From Phoronis australis (Eukaryota > Animalia > Phoronida): DNA of 64,000 nt. A program made the position numbers and the translations under genes. Location of the stretch: NCBI GenBank assembly GCA_002633005.1, contig NMRA01000009.1, positions 278,083-342,082 of the forward strand. The letters run 5' to 3'. This document shows, in pieces, positions 38,330 through 49,358 of the stretch. Numbering within the stretch: position 1 is the first letter of the stretch; every line of letters starts with the position of its first letter. The notes under the pieces are model-generated. The model saw nothing but the letters and a program-made list of their open reading frames with translations. It was not told the origin of the DNA and ran no database searches.

Positions 38330-39820
38330 TACCGATTTGCTGCCTCTCGATTTCTGAGTTCAAAGGTTGGCAATATGTTACTATATGTTTATGTATCATC
38401 TTGAAGTAATAAAAAAATACTAGTCAAATTTTGTTTTTCGCTTATTGCATCTCAGTCAAACTGGCGTTAGCAGACTGAACTAATATCATTGGCTGTTCTT
38501 TACTACCATTTCGTGCGTCAACCCGCACCTGACGTGTGAATTATTGTTTCCACATTCCCTTTTTAGCCATCCAGAATAATTTTGTTTCTACATTGGCCAG
38601 TTTCAGCCTGAACAAAATTCTTACCATTCGAGACTGAAATATACGACGCAGACTGACTGAAAATTGGTGGTAGTTGGTAGGAGGTGCACGCAGCTACCTA
38701 CAGGCATGGCAGATCGGGCCTAGGGAACATCGAGCCGGGAAATATCGGAATAGACTTGACATCACAGCTTTGGGGGACATTAGAACGGAGGAATATCGTA
38801 AAGCACTGGGTCTTTCAGAACAACAGCTTAAAAGTACAGCATCACCCAGGTTTTTTTTACTTAGGACTATTCCTGTTCTCTTTTGATGTTCGACTTTGTA
38901 GTTGTGCACGCGCGTAAGTTCCCACACTTTGGAGCTGCATGTTACCTTGACAACAACATGTGATAGACTGGTCACTCATACGTAGGCCCTCCTATCGTGC
39001 TGAATACCACCGCTATCTTTGGCCATAAAAAACAGACACATATTGAAAGAAGCTGTTATATTACTTGACAGTCTTTCCAAGTCAGGATTGTCTGCCGACA
39101 TTGCGCGCAATCAGCGAGACCGACCAGTGCCGTAGTGCGATATTGTAGGTGATATTATAATAGGATATAACCAGGACATTTTGCATGTATAATAAATGTT
39201 TTTCCACCACAAAGCTGGGTAAGGTGGTCGTTTACTAAGAATGAATTGAATGAATTGAGACATCGCTGTTTTGTGACGTTTTATCACATATTCATGCCCT
39301 GGTTCAAAGTTTTCTTCTTGATTGACGACTGGCTCATTTTCGCTTACCCCGATTCTTGTCTTACTTCTTTCCGAGCATGTTTCGTGCAACGGGAAGTGAG
39401 CAGTGCCAGACGGTCAAGATAAAACAGCTATAGTCGCAGAACCATACGCTGAAAATGTCATTGAGTCACAGTCTGTCGACTACCGTATAAACATCCCAAA
39501 CACAAAAACCACCTGAATTATTTTTTCAAACTTTATTACAACTAATTTCAAAACTGCTCTCTGACTCAGAACTTGACAGCTTGCATGGGACTGTAACCTT
39601 GGTTTCAGCCTTGACCTCTGCAACACATGAAGCTGTCACGCTCACACTTATGCAGTGTCACCGCTTGAGAATAGTTGCAATTCAAGTGGAGCGCTGCGTT
39701 GTGGCTGGTGGTCTGTGCACTACAGATCTAACAAAGTAACTAGACTGCAGGACGGCACGGGTCTGTTACTCAGCAATTTTGTAAATTTAAGTGTGAATGA
39801 CTAATCTGAGGGCAACAGAA

Positions 39821-41148
39821 CAGGGCTCGACATAACGAGCTGCAGGTCGCATTTGCGACCTGAAATTTGGAAATGCGAGCTGAGATTTTGGCCAGCTCGC
39901 ATTAAGTCGCAAAATGCGACCTGGAATTTCCAACGTATGCGAGCTGAGTTTTTAAACTTCGCGGCAGATACCGGGGAAATATAGAGCAACTCGGGTGGTT
40001 CCGACCGTTATGTGGATGTTGCCAAATCAAGTTCAAAAGAACATTCATTGAGAAAAGCACTCCCGATGATGTGCCGAAGAAAGTTTCGGACCTCGGAATA
40101 ACACGTGATAATACGTCAGAAAGTAGCGGTGTTTCTACTAATTCTTAAATGACGAAATTACCAAGCTTAGTGGTGGAAAAACATTTATTTTTCATGTAAG
40201 GTGTCCTTAATATCAAATTATGGCAACACCCAAGGCAATATGCCTGATTGCACTGGGGCACTGGTCGGTTCCACTGTTAGCGCCGGAAAGCGGTCCCGGC
40301 AGACGATCGTCGTGTCTTGGAAAAAATGCATCTCGTTTTTTATCGCGAAAGACAGCAAATGTGAAAATGACATCCCAATCAATCGCCAAACGACGTGCAT
40401 GCCTTTACGCGCTTTCGGCAGAATAGTAGAAACCCGCACCGTCGGAAATCACTTCGAGGCTTTTTATTTCATGGAAAACTAATTGACTACGTACTGGTAA
40501 ACAGCATAAGTCCCATATTTTTTTGCTGTGAAATTTGCAGGGAATTGTTTCCGCGTATCAATATGTCATTCAGCGAGTAGGGCAACGTTTCACGAATTTC
40601 TTCCGACAGGATGTTTTTTTCAAACGTCAAGTTGAGAAGTTTGGCCTGTGAACAAATGGAAGGAATTCGCACTCAGAGTTATCAATCTTTGGATCTTTAA
40701 CGACTTTGATGACAGTCATATAGCAAGTCAGTCCTAGAAAAGTCACGGATACTTTTTCAACGAGTATTTTCTTCTTTTTCACGTTGCACACTTAGCTAAT
40801 CGAATGCATGTGTAGGTTAGAGAGCACTGATTTAACTTTTACTTGGCAACTGCCTTGCGCTCCAGGGTCTTTCACTGGATGGCACCAGTGAAGAATGATA
40901 ACGCGGTGCATGCATGATATGCTTGTAAGAACTCAGTTTTGCGACATGAAATTTGTGAGTATTTAACGTTGCAAGAGCATAATCTAGGCATTTTCTGATG
41001 ACGTAAAAGCCAATTTTGGTCCGTAAAAATGGCGGGAAATTTTCACGACCTGGAATTGATGAATGCGAGCTGAATGTTGAAAATGCGACCTAGGATTTTG
41101 GCTTGGTCGCAAAACGCGACCTGGCAATTTTCATAGCGTCGAGCCCTG
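39821..41148 (+). mobile_element. Non-autonomous hAT5-like element, family D (5-bp TSD)
   Basis: TIR CAGGGCTCGAC / GTCGAGCCCTG; CAGAA duplicated at 39816-39820 and 41149-41153; subterminal TGCGA(C/G)CTG repeats; absent at the equivalent site of the family B copy near 11510. Confidence 0.88.
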
Positions 41149-41729
41149 CAGAACCTTTGTTGCGATCATCCGCTGTTAAGAAGTTTTTACTATCATTTGG
41201 GGACGTGACGATAAAGCTCTTTGAAAAGTGCTACGCGTTCCGAGTACGTGTGTCCTGTGGGGACTTAGATCACGAGATTAAGATTAGCCACCTAGGGTGG
41301 TTGTCTGTCGTAGTAAGCGCCCATGTTCAGTTAACCGCCCTCCCAGGATTTCTTGAAGTTTCACATTTAAACGCCTATGTCTAGTTAACCGCCCATCCCC
41401 GAATTTTTGGGTTTGCCAATTTAACCGCCGAAGGTGTTAACCCGAACATTTACGGTAATATTAGCCACAACCAACTGAATCTAGGGGTGGTCAATATCCA
41501 CAAACAGAAGACAAAGGCCACAGTAAACCTGGGTCATGCTACTACCATGTTGCAACGAACATGGTCTAAACACAATGCCTATGTCTAAGTGTCGTAGCAC
41601 TGGATCTGGGCCGGGATCTAGAGTCTGCCATCATTCACCCTTGAGTAGAATGCAGGCAGTTTCATCGTTATTACTTGTTTATAAAATTTGCTACTACACT
41701 TATAAGGTGGCAAGTTCTTCATGGTGATG

Positions 41730-41949
41730 CCACTTTTGTGTTTGGTTGAAACACGATTCCTTGAAATGTGCCGAACAAAGTGTGGCTCACGATTAAATCG
41801 TGTGTTCCACACTTACATTCCACACTCTCGTGCAGCGCACAAACCAATGCCATTTCTTTGCAACTTTCATGTACTTTGGAAATTTAAACACAGAGACGTT
41901 CCCAGTCAAGCTGCTGTTGCTACAGCCCCAACAAACGCACCTTTTCATG
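41730..41949 (-). pseudogene. Degenerate THAP domain (Kolobok-type transposase N-terminus)
   Basis: MKRCVCWGCSNSSLTGNVSVFKFPKYMKVAKKWHWFVRCTR... then ATLCSAHFKESCF after a disruption; C2CH signature with FP and W. Confidence 0.8.
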
Positions 41950-43238
41950 TCTGAAAAAGGCGGCTCTCCGCTGACTTTTCTCACAACTTCTCAGTGTCGC
42001 ATTGATAAAAACAACAAGGCAAAGATGGTCTTCCATCCATTACATACAACCTTAATAACAGAAAAATATTTTTAAAATTCCTGGCTTGTTTCTTAGCAAC
42101 AGGTATACTAAAGGCTATGATATCTCTTAAGATGTATTAATAAAATTCTTTTTGAGAGAGGGTCATGGTAAGAACTCTTTAAAACTCATTTCTGTGTCGT
42201 GTTCTGTCTGTTAACAATAAGAAGTTCTAAAGACAAGAGCATCATAACCAAGATTGATACTGTCAACTGTCTTAATTGCTATGCATATCGTATGATCCTT
42301 GTCAATCCTTAAACTGAAGGTTTGACCAGAATGATAACATTAACTGAAGCTGATAATGCTTTATTTTGATACTGTTTATTTTCAAAAGACTGTCCATGCA
42401 TGGTTCATTCTTGGGCTGGGTTCTGTTTGTTTATGAAGATCTCTTGATGATTAATTGTTTGTGAAAAAACACATGGCTCCTTGAGCTTGTTATGTCTTCC
42501 ATGGCGACACATCATGGCTGCCCATCGTGGCTGCCCAACATGGCCGGCGGTGAACTTTCAACCAGTTGGTGACCAGACCTTAGTGTCTGTGCCTGCACGT
42601 GTGTTGTGAAACTGGATGCCTGCTTCTGTGCCAGCCAAACATTTTAATCATCCATACTAACTGTTTGTCTTTTTCATCTTCACCTGCTCTAGGTGTTCCG
42701 CTAAAATGCCATGAATTCTCTTCAAAGAGACTGTTGTTCATAGTTGACTGGGTGTATGCTTCGTTTGAAGGACATGTTTATGAAAACACTAAGTGGGTTT
42801 GCACGTCAGTCGACAAATATTGAGTTAGGTTTTATATGGGCAAAGCAGGGTACAATTTTGAGTTGGCTACTTGAGAGAAAAAGCTTCACAGTGACTTAAT
42901 TATAGTTTAAACTATAAATTAATATTTTGGAAGAGAATGTGGCATAATGAACCCCATCTCACAGTTTTGTAAATAGTTTTACGTGATTAAACTTGTTCTG
43001 AAACTCGTTTTAATGTCACCTGACCGTAGATAATTTATGCCTCCATTCTGGAGTGGCACTTACAAATCAGAGTTTTCATAGTAAAGTACTTCTGTTCTTG
43101 ATCTGTATGTATTTCATGCCTTGAGCCTTCATACAGACAAAACTTGTCATGTGTTACATTTTATTAGCAACTTCATTAGCAAAACATGAGGTTTGTGTCA
43201 GCTGGCTTATCTATGCAGTCACTGTATTCTTGATTCAT

Positions 43239-43330
43239 TGATTGGTCCATGTGTGCAGGGTCTAGGATGTTTGTTGTTCTCTTGTGCTCTATAGTATAAA
43301 TGGGAGACAGGTCATAGGCCACTTCCTCTT
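43239..43330 (+). promoter_or_regulatory. Candidate TATA/Inr core promoter
   Basis: Reverse CCAAT (ATTGG ~43241), TATAAAT at 43295-43301 and Inr-like CCACTTC at 43319-43325. Confidence 0.35.
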
Positions 43331-43455
43331 CTGACAAAGTTCAGTTGTAATTCATTGTCAACTGGGAGCGGCAGTCAGTAATCACAATCAAACAGAGTTA
43401 ACAGTAAACAAACCTGAAGTTTGTGTGTTCCTGTCCTGGCTTTTAAAAATCCTAC

Positions 43456-43507
43456 ATGGTCCAATGGACCGCTCACAATTATCAGCATTTTCACAAGCAT
43501 ACAAATC
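43456..43507 (+). CDS. MRTF: Candidate alternative first coding exon of MRTF (MVQWTAHNYQHFHKHTN, phase 1)
   Basis: Lies downstream of the TATA/Inr; 17 codons + 1 nt; donor ATC|GTACGT; phase compatible with exons 48621, 53270 and 56741. Confidence 0.3.
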
Positions 43508-46500
43508 GTACGTTATTGGGGGAGGGTAGCCGGGCTTGCTGCTAGCATACAGTTTTGACGTCAAATGGTCTTGTCAGTGTCGGTGTTTTTGATAATTTTT
43601 TCAGACCCTAAAAACAACAAAGCAGCCAATAGTAGAAATGTCACCAAGATCCAACCAGTCAAAAACAAAATATACAAAAAGAATTGTTTTGATAATAGTG
43701 TTTTACTTTTTACACCACGTCAATTTACAGACTAACACTGGCATTTAACTTTGAAGTGCACTTGTAGTTTAACAGATGCAAAAAGACCTTATGAAAATAT
43801 CGCCATTTTTGTACGCTTTCTACGAGGATTGAGGAGGTGGGGGGGGGATGAAAATGGACACGTAATAATTAGTGACCTCCTTCAAGTTAGGCTGAGTGCA
43901 TGGTTAATGGGTGTCCAGAATAGTGTTGTCATAACTGTTTGTTGACCTGTCATTCACTGTTCTGCCTTGCTTGGTACAATGTTCTGCCTTGCCTCTGTTA
44001 AATCACTCACAGACCATGTGGCCATGTGTACCCCATACTACCCGTCACCCCTTGACCATTTCTCTGGTAATGGGGTTTAACAGCCCATTCCTGTTGTTGT
44101 TCAACTAGAGAATTGCGCATCTTCTAGCCTTGATATCTTTAACAGATCACTACTCTCTTCTGTGGCTCCCTCCCATCTCTGCTTGACTATTTCAAATTAT
44201 TTCTTGAGGACGGTAGTTTTTAAACATTGTGCATGCTTCACACAAAATGTAATGACTTAAATCTTACCTGCTTGTTTGATGGTAATAACTGTTTTTAATA
44301 CGTTCATTTAGTGGATAGAAATAGGGATTGAATTTTTTCTCTAAAATAAATAACTTGAGTTGCATGCATGATGTCACATATCGGTAAGGGTTACATTTTT
44401 GAAATGACCGATTTCAACCCCAAATTCTGCGCTATACCTGATTGAATAACCAAGCATATCATGAGTGCCAAAAAACACAAATCAAGAAGGTAAATTGTTT
44501 TTTAATTTGGCCCGTAGGTCTGATAGACGTGGTCTATATTGACTCCTAGCAGATGTTAATGTGGCACACGACTAAGTAATCTGATCACCTGGTGGGATGT
44601 TTGCTGCGCCATGGAATGTCATTGCTTCTTTTAGGGGCCATTCTGGAATCTCCTGTCCACCTGTGCTAGGTTCATCCTACTGAAGGTCACCTGAAGGTCA
44701 TGCTAGATGTCAACAGCTTCTGTAGTCACTATGTCCAGTATATGGAAACATAAATATAAGTACCAACCACAGGATTTGGCATTTGTCTGCCTAATCTAGC
44801 TTCATTAAGTCAACTGTGAATGGCCATGCCAATGACCAGGCATTCTTGTGAAGGATTTTGTAATGAGACTCCTGTCTTCCCTAGGAACAAGTCCAAGATG
44901 TCTAGCACCAACAATAACATTAGATATACCTATTAACTTAGGAGATGGATCATGTCCATGAAAATGCTCCATTGAATAACACTACATAGCCCAAATGTTC
45001 AGAAAAAGTGTTTTGTTCAACTGGCAGTTGCCTGCAGCAGTGCTTGTTGTGCCCTTGGCCATTTGGCTGTTGTATGCTATAGGTGCTATTAATAGAGCTC
45101 TTGAGTTGCCGGCCTGGCTGACTTGTGTGCTGGATGTTTGTGGTGGACAGATATTGGTATTGTAGCTGAGCTTGCAAGACGTATCACACGATGCTCTCAG
45201 TCATTCCACACAAGTTAGCTGGTAACATCTTCATCTTTTATCTGCTCACCACTCTTATTGTTGGCTCAACACAACTAGCATTTTGTTTATTTGTAAATCC
45301 TCAATTTGCACTGAACTTTTAAGTTTACAAACATATAAATTTTAATTGTGTGTGTTTGTATAGATGTTATTTTTTGTTTACAGTTTGCAATTCTTTTTTA
45401 TACTTCTATTTTGAGAGACTCTTTGTGTGTGAATTGAGGACAGTATTTTCTTGCTCAGTGGTGAAGGGGTAGATCTCTGTTGTAAATTTTCAGTTGTCCG
45501 AGGATAAATAAGAATTCTTAATCTATGTTTTTCTTTTGCCAATCTGGATTATTGCTTCCTGAAGAAGAAAAAATGATTATCTGGGTGTTTTGTGGGACCA
45601 TGCATTAATAGTAATTAAATACCTGGGGTTTTAAATCTTCCAAAGCATTTTTAGGCCTCTTTTGCGGTTGTTAGACATAACCAGTAAACCACAAATGTGA
45701 GCTGGCTAGGAGAAAGATGGTTTAAATCTTGCAAAATCCCAGCTTGCTAATTGACATCTGTTTTAAATGAATATTTGATGATGCATTATAAAAAGCAAAC
45801 CCAGAAATATCTTGTCCTTGTTGAATGAGTGAATCTGTTTAAAGCATCTCTCTACACACACCTTGTGTCACTACAAAACTACTTGATTTAGACTACGTAC
45901 CGTCATGAAATTGGTCTCAAGTTGTTCCTTTGTTAAAATATGTGTGATTATTTGTAGGTTTGTAAAGAACTGACAGTTTCTTATTTATTGAGACGAGAAT
46001 TATCAAGACTGGCCATTTTATTCACTTAGCATGGTCTTCAGCAAAAAACAAACTGTCAAGTTTTTGCAAGACCAAAAATCGTTTCTTGTCTGAGTAAAGA
46101 ACTAAGTTGAAACAAAATTCATAGCATTAAGCTGTCTAAATCAAGAATTACTGTCTTTAACGAAATACGGGATCATAGCCACTTTAACCTGGGGTTCAGA
46201 AATTCCAGAATGAAATAGGTGCATTTATGGAATATTTATTCTTCCGTTTTAATTGAAGCTGGCCAGACATAGCGCATGTATGACCTATGACCTCAGTTTA
46301 TCAGTTATCAGCCAAGTCAAAAGTGCTTTATTTTGGGGATTTCCTGCAGTCATTATAATTTGGATAACATTCGATTGCTGTGTCTGCAACAGGGTCGAGT
46401 TAAATTGGGTTATTCACCTCTTCCTTAAAACTTGATTTTAGTATTAAAATGCTCTGAATTTATTTGTAACCTAAGAATACAGATTAGGTGAAAGAACTTG

Positions 46501-47691
46501 TATTGTTGTATTGGATAGACCATGAGCTCCAGTGACATGCCTTTTAACTCTGTCTGCCCGTGAGGTGGTGCATGCAATCCTGAGGTAACTTGAAATCAAG
46601 TTTTCCAACACTGGCTGTAAACGCACCTTGCAACATGAAAGCAAACTTTTGATTTAGACCACTTACAAGAAGTCATGAAATTGATCTGGAGCAAGCTGGG
46701 GGGGGGACAAAAAATCGTCGACTTTTGGTTAATCCATAGTCAGATGTATCGAGTCAAAAGACAAGTGAATAAATGTGTTGGAGAAAAAGGCCCAGTTGCC
46801 TCTAATGTGAGTTGGGGAAACAGATGAAACCAATTTTATTGTAGTAAGTATCCTTAATCAAACATTCAGTTTTTATCAAACATGGCGGTTTATAGCCTCC
46901 AAAGGTATTACACGGTGGTTTATAGCCACCAATGGTATATACAAGGGAGTTTATAGCCACCAAAGGTATAGTTTTCAAAAATGCACTGCCTATATTCACA
47001 TATTTTGTAGAATTGTATCTTTGTTTTTCATTCCTGCCTATAACATTTCTTTAAACATTTATTTATGTGCCAAATGTGCGACTCACCTGCACTGTTTTTT
47101 TTTTTTTTTTTTTAAATGTGCGACTTATTTGGATTGGCTTCATCTGTTTTCTTTAATGTGATGAATTGGCTATTTTCTGGCCTTCAGATTTCCGACACTT
47201 ATAGCAGTTTCAAACATAGATTTCTTTTTAGTACATAGGTCGATTCTCATGAAATTTTACACACCTTTTTATGGTACATGACTGGGGGAATCATGTCTTG
47301 CATTTTTCTTGGTATTTCTGCCATCAAAAATGAAAACATTTAACATTAAAAAAGTGGGCATGTATGCATGATACCTCTGTTGTTGGTAAATAAAATTAAT
47401 CTGAACACTGTTTCTTGTGTGCTTGTAACAATTGTGTGATGCTTTAACGGAGGATTCAAAAAACTATATGTTAAATTTTGTTTGATTTGAAAACACAACA
47501 TAGCAAAACGGTGAAATTATTCTGTCAAAAGTTTCGGCTATTATAAAAAGGAAAAAATTTCTTCCTTATTTGCACAGTTTATGTTGTGTAGCTGTCATCA
47601 ACAAACATGCCATGGAATTTTGAGCACCTTTAACTAATGCAGTGAACTTGTGAAATTTTAAAGTGATAATTTTGACAGTTGTTTTGGGTTC

Positions 47692-47851
47692 TGAATTTGC
47701 AGGGTACTGTTATGGTTTGAATTTGCAGGGTACTGTTATGGTTTGAATTTGCAGGGTACTGTTATGGTTTGAATTTGCAGGGTACTGTTATGGTTTGAAT
47801 TTGCAGGGTACTGTTATGGTTTGAATTTGCAGGGTACTGTTATGGTTTGAA
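47692..47851. repeat. 26-bp minisatellite (TGAATTTGCAGGGTACTGTTATGGTT)x6
   Basis: Perfect direct repeats with period 26. Confidence 0.95.
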
Positions 47852-48620
47852 CATGTAGCTTTAGAGGTTACATGTTAATGTGTAAAAGAAAAGACTTGAT
47901 GATTGTTGGCTATTTGGTTTGTCACAGGTTGACTGTCACTCTCCAAAAGAACTCACCTGAACGCTGTCATCTGATCAACATGCCAGGTGACAGCGTTACG
48001 TATTACAGGCCAAAGTAGAATTAAAGTTGGTTGACAAAATCCTGCTCCCAGTGTCCAACAGGACTGGAAAATGAAGTAATGTTTGGATTGGTTTCAAAAT
48101 GCGACTATTTTGATGTTTATAAACAACAAAAAATGAAGCATATTCTATCTATCCAAGTTTGGTGGCTTGGGTTAGCCTGATGGACATTGACATTACCTTC
48201 AGCAATTTTGTGTGTCTGAGAGATGTGTGCGTATTTTGAAGTTGATGTCCACACAGGGCATTACAAAACTGTTCTGAAATTGGAACACCATCAATGGCCT
48301 GTTGTTTGTACACTTAAACCTCGTGCATCTGTGCACATTTGCTGTCGCTTTGCTGGAGGTTTTAGTTACCCCCAAAACTGATGGCATTTTCGCTTACACT
48401 TGTAGCCAGAAGGCTGACTTCAAAGGACACACATGTGCTAGGGGTACTAAGAGGCCTTTGTTATCATCACATTATCAATTTATGGTTGAGAGAAAATGTG
48501 TTTTGACATCAAATTTCACTAAAAAGGGTTATGAGCACTTTAGCTAGTGAAACTGCTAGCATTGTCGCCACTCATATGAACCAAGTATCAGTCTAACTCC
48601 TCTACTGTCTTTGCTTGTAG

Positions 48621-48827
48621 ATTCCAGTAGTGGAGCCAGTTGGCCGCCCCTGTATGGCGGACCCCTGCTAGATCTTGATAAGGACCTTGCCATCAACTAC
48701 ATTCACAAGTTCTACTGCAAGGACTGCAGAATGGAGCAGAGACACAAAGATGAGCAGGCTGGCCAGCCAACCTCACCACAGTTTCAGCTGGATGAAAACC
48801 CTCTACAGCTGGATAAGAACAAGGAGT
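48621..48827 (+). CDS. MRTF: MRTF exon, N-terminal region up to ...SPQFQLDENPLQLDKNKE; internal ATG at 48731 is a possible start
   Basis: Acceptor TTGCTTGTAG| and donor GAGT|GTGAGT. T+CC joins the next exon to give DKNKESLKRKL, the typical invertebrate MRTF lead-in to RPEL1. Confidence 0.8.
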
Positions 48828-49067
48828 GTGAGTACAAGTTTTACCATCTCTGTCCTCTACACAGTTAGTGGAGGAAATTGGACACTCTTGCTGTTAGTAA
48901 CCACGAGAATTGTGTCTCCCATTATTTTTGCGCAGAAATGAGTTTCAAAAGAAAAGTTTCTGAGAACTAATGGTTCCACTTAATGTCCTACTATCGATGA
49001 TGTCATGGTTGCATTTTGATACAAAGATGACATTGCATTGGCTTCAGAACATACTGAAGATGCTTTG

Positions 49068-49358
49068 GTTTCTGTGTTATCGCTGTACCTGATATTTCTG
49101 TGTTATCGCTGTACCTGGTATTTCTGTGTTATCGCTGTACCTGGTATTTCTGTGTTATCGCTGTACCTGGTATTTCTGTGTTATCGCTGTACCTGCTATT
49201 TCTGTGTTATTGCTGTAACTGGTATTTCTGTGTTATTGCTGTAACTGGTATTTCTGTGTTATCGCTGTACCTGCTATTTCTGTGTTATCGCTGTACCTGC
49301 TATTTCTCTGTTATGGCTGTGCCTGGTATTTCTGTGCTATCGCTGTACCTGGTATTTC
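49068..49358. repeat. 26-bp minisatellite (TATTTCTGTGTTATCGCTGTACCTGG)n, ~11 copies
   Basis: Direct repeats with period 26; the source of spurious ORFs 49038, 49100 and 49282. Confidence 0.95.

Larger units (their letters stand above)
37445..41455 (+). mobile_element. Complete non-autonomous Tc2/pogo-like (Tc1/mariner) family B element
   Basis: TA|CCGTAAACGTTCGGGTTAAC ... GTTAACCCGAACATTTACGG|TA (20-bp TIR, 1 mismatch, TA TSD). Arrays of TTAA(C/G)CGCCC at both subtermini; no transposase ORF. Confidence 0.92.
37042..42178 (-). mobile_element. Non-autonomous Kolobok-type element (~1.1 kb own sequence) hosting nested insertions
   Basis: TTAA on both sides (37038-37041 and 42179-42182). TIR AGAGTTCCCACCATG versus reverse complement AGAGTTCTTACCATG (13/15). 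A THAP remnant starts ~230 bp from the right end. Confidence 0.75.

Noticed and set aside
46880-46972. Three ~31-bp repeats GTTTATAGCCACCAAAGGTAT
   Set aside because: A short degenerate tandem repeat, probably a TE subterminal remnant, with no definable ends.
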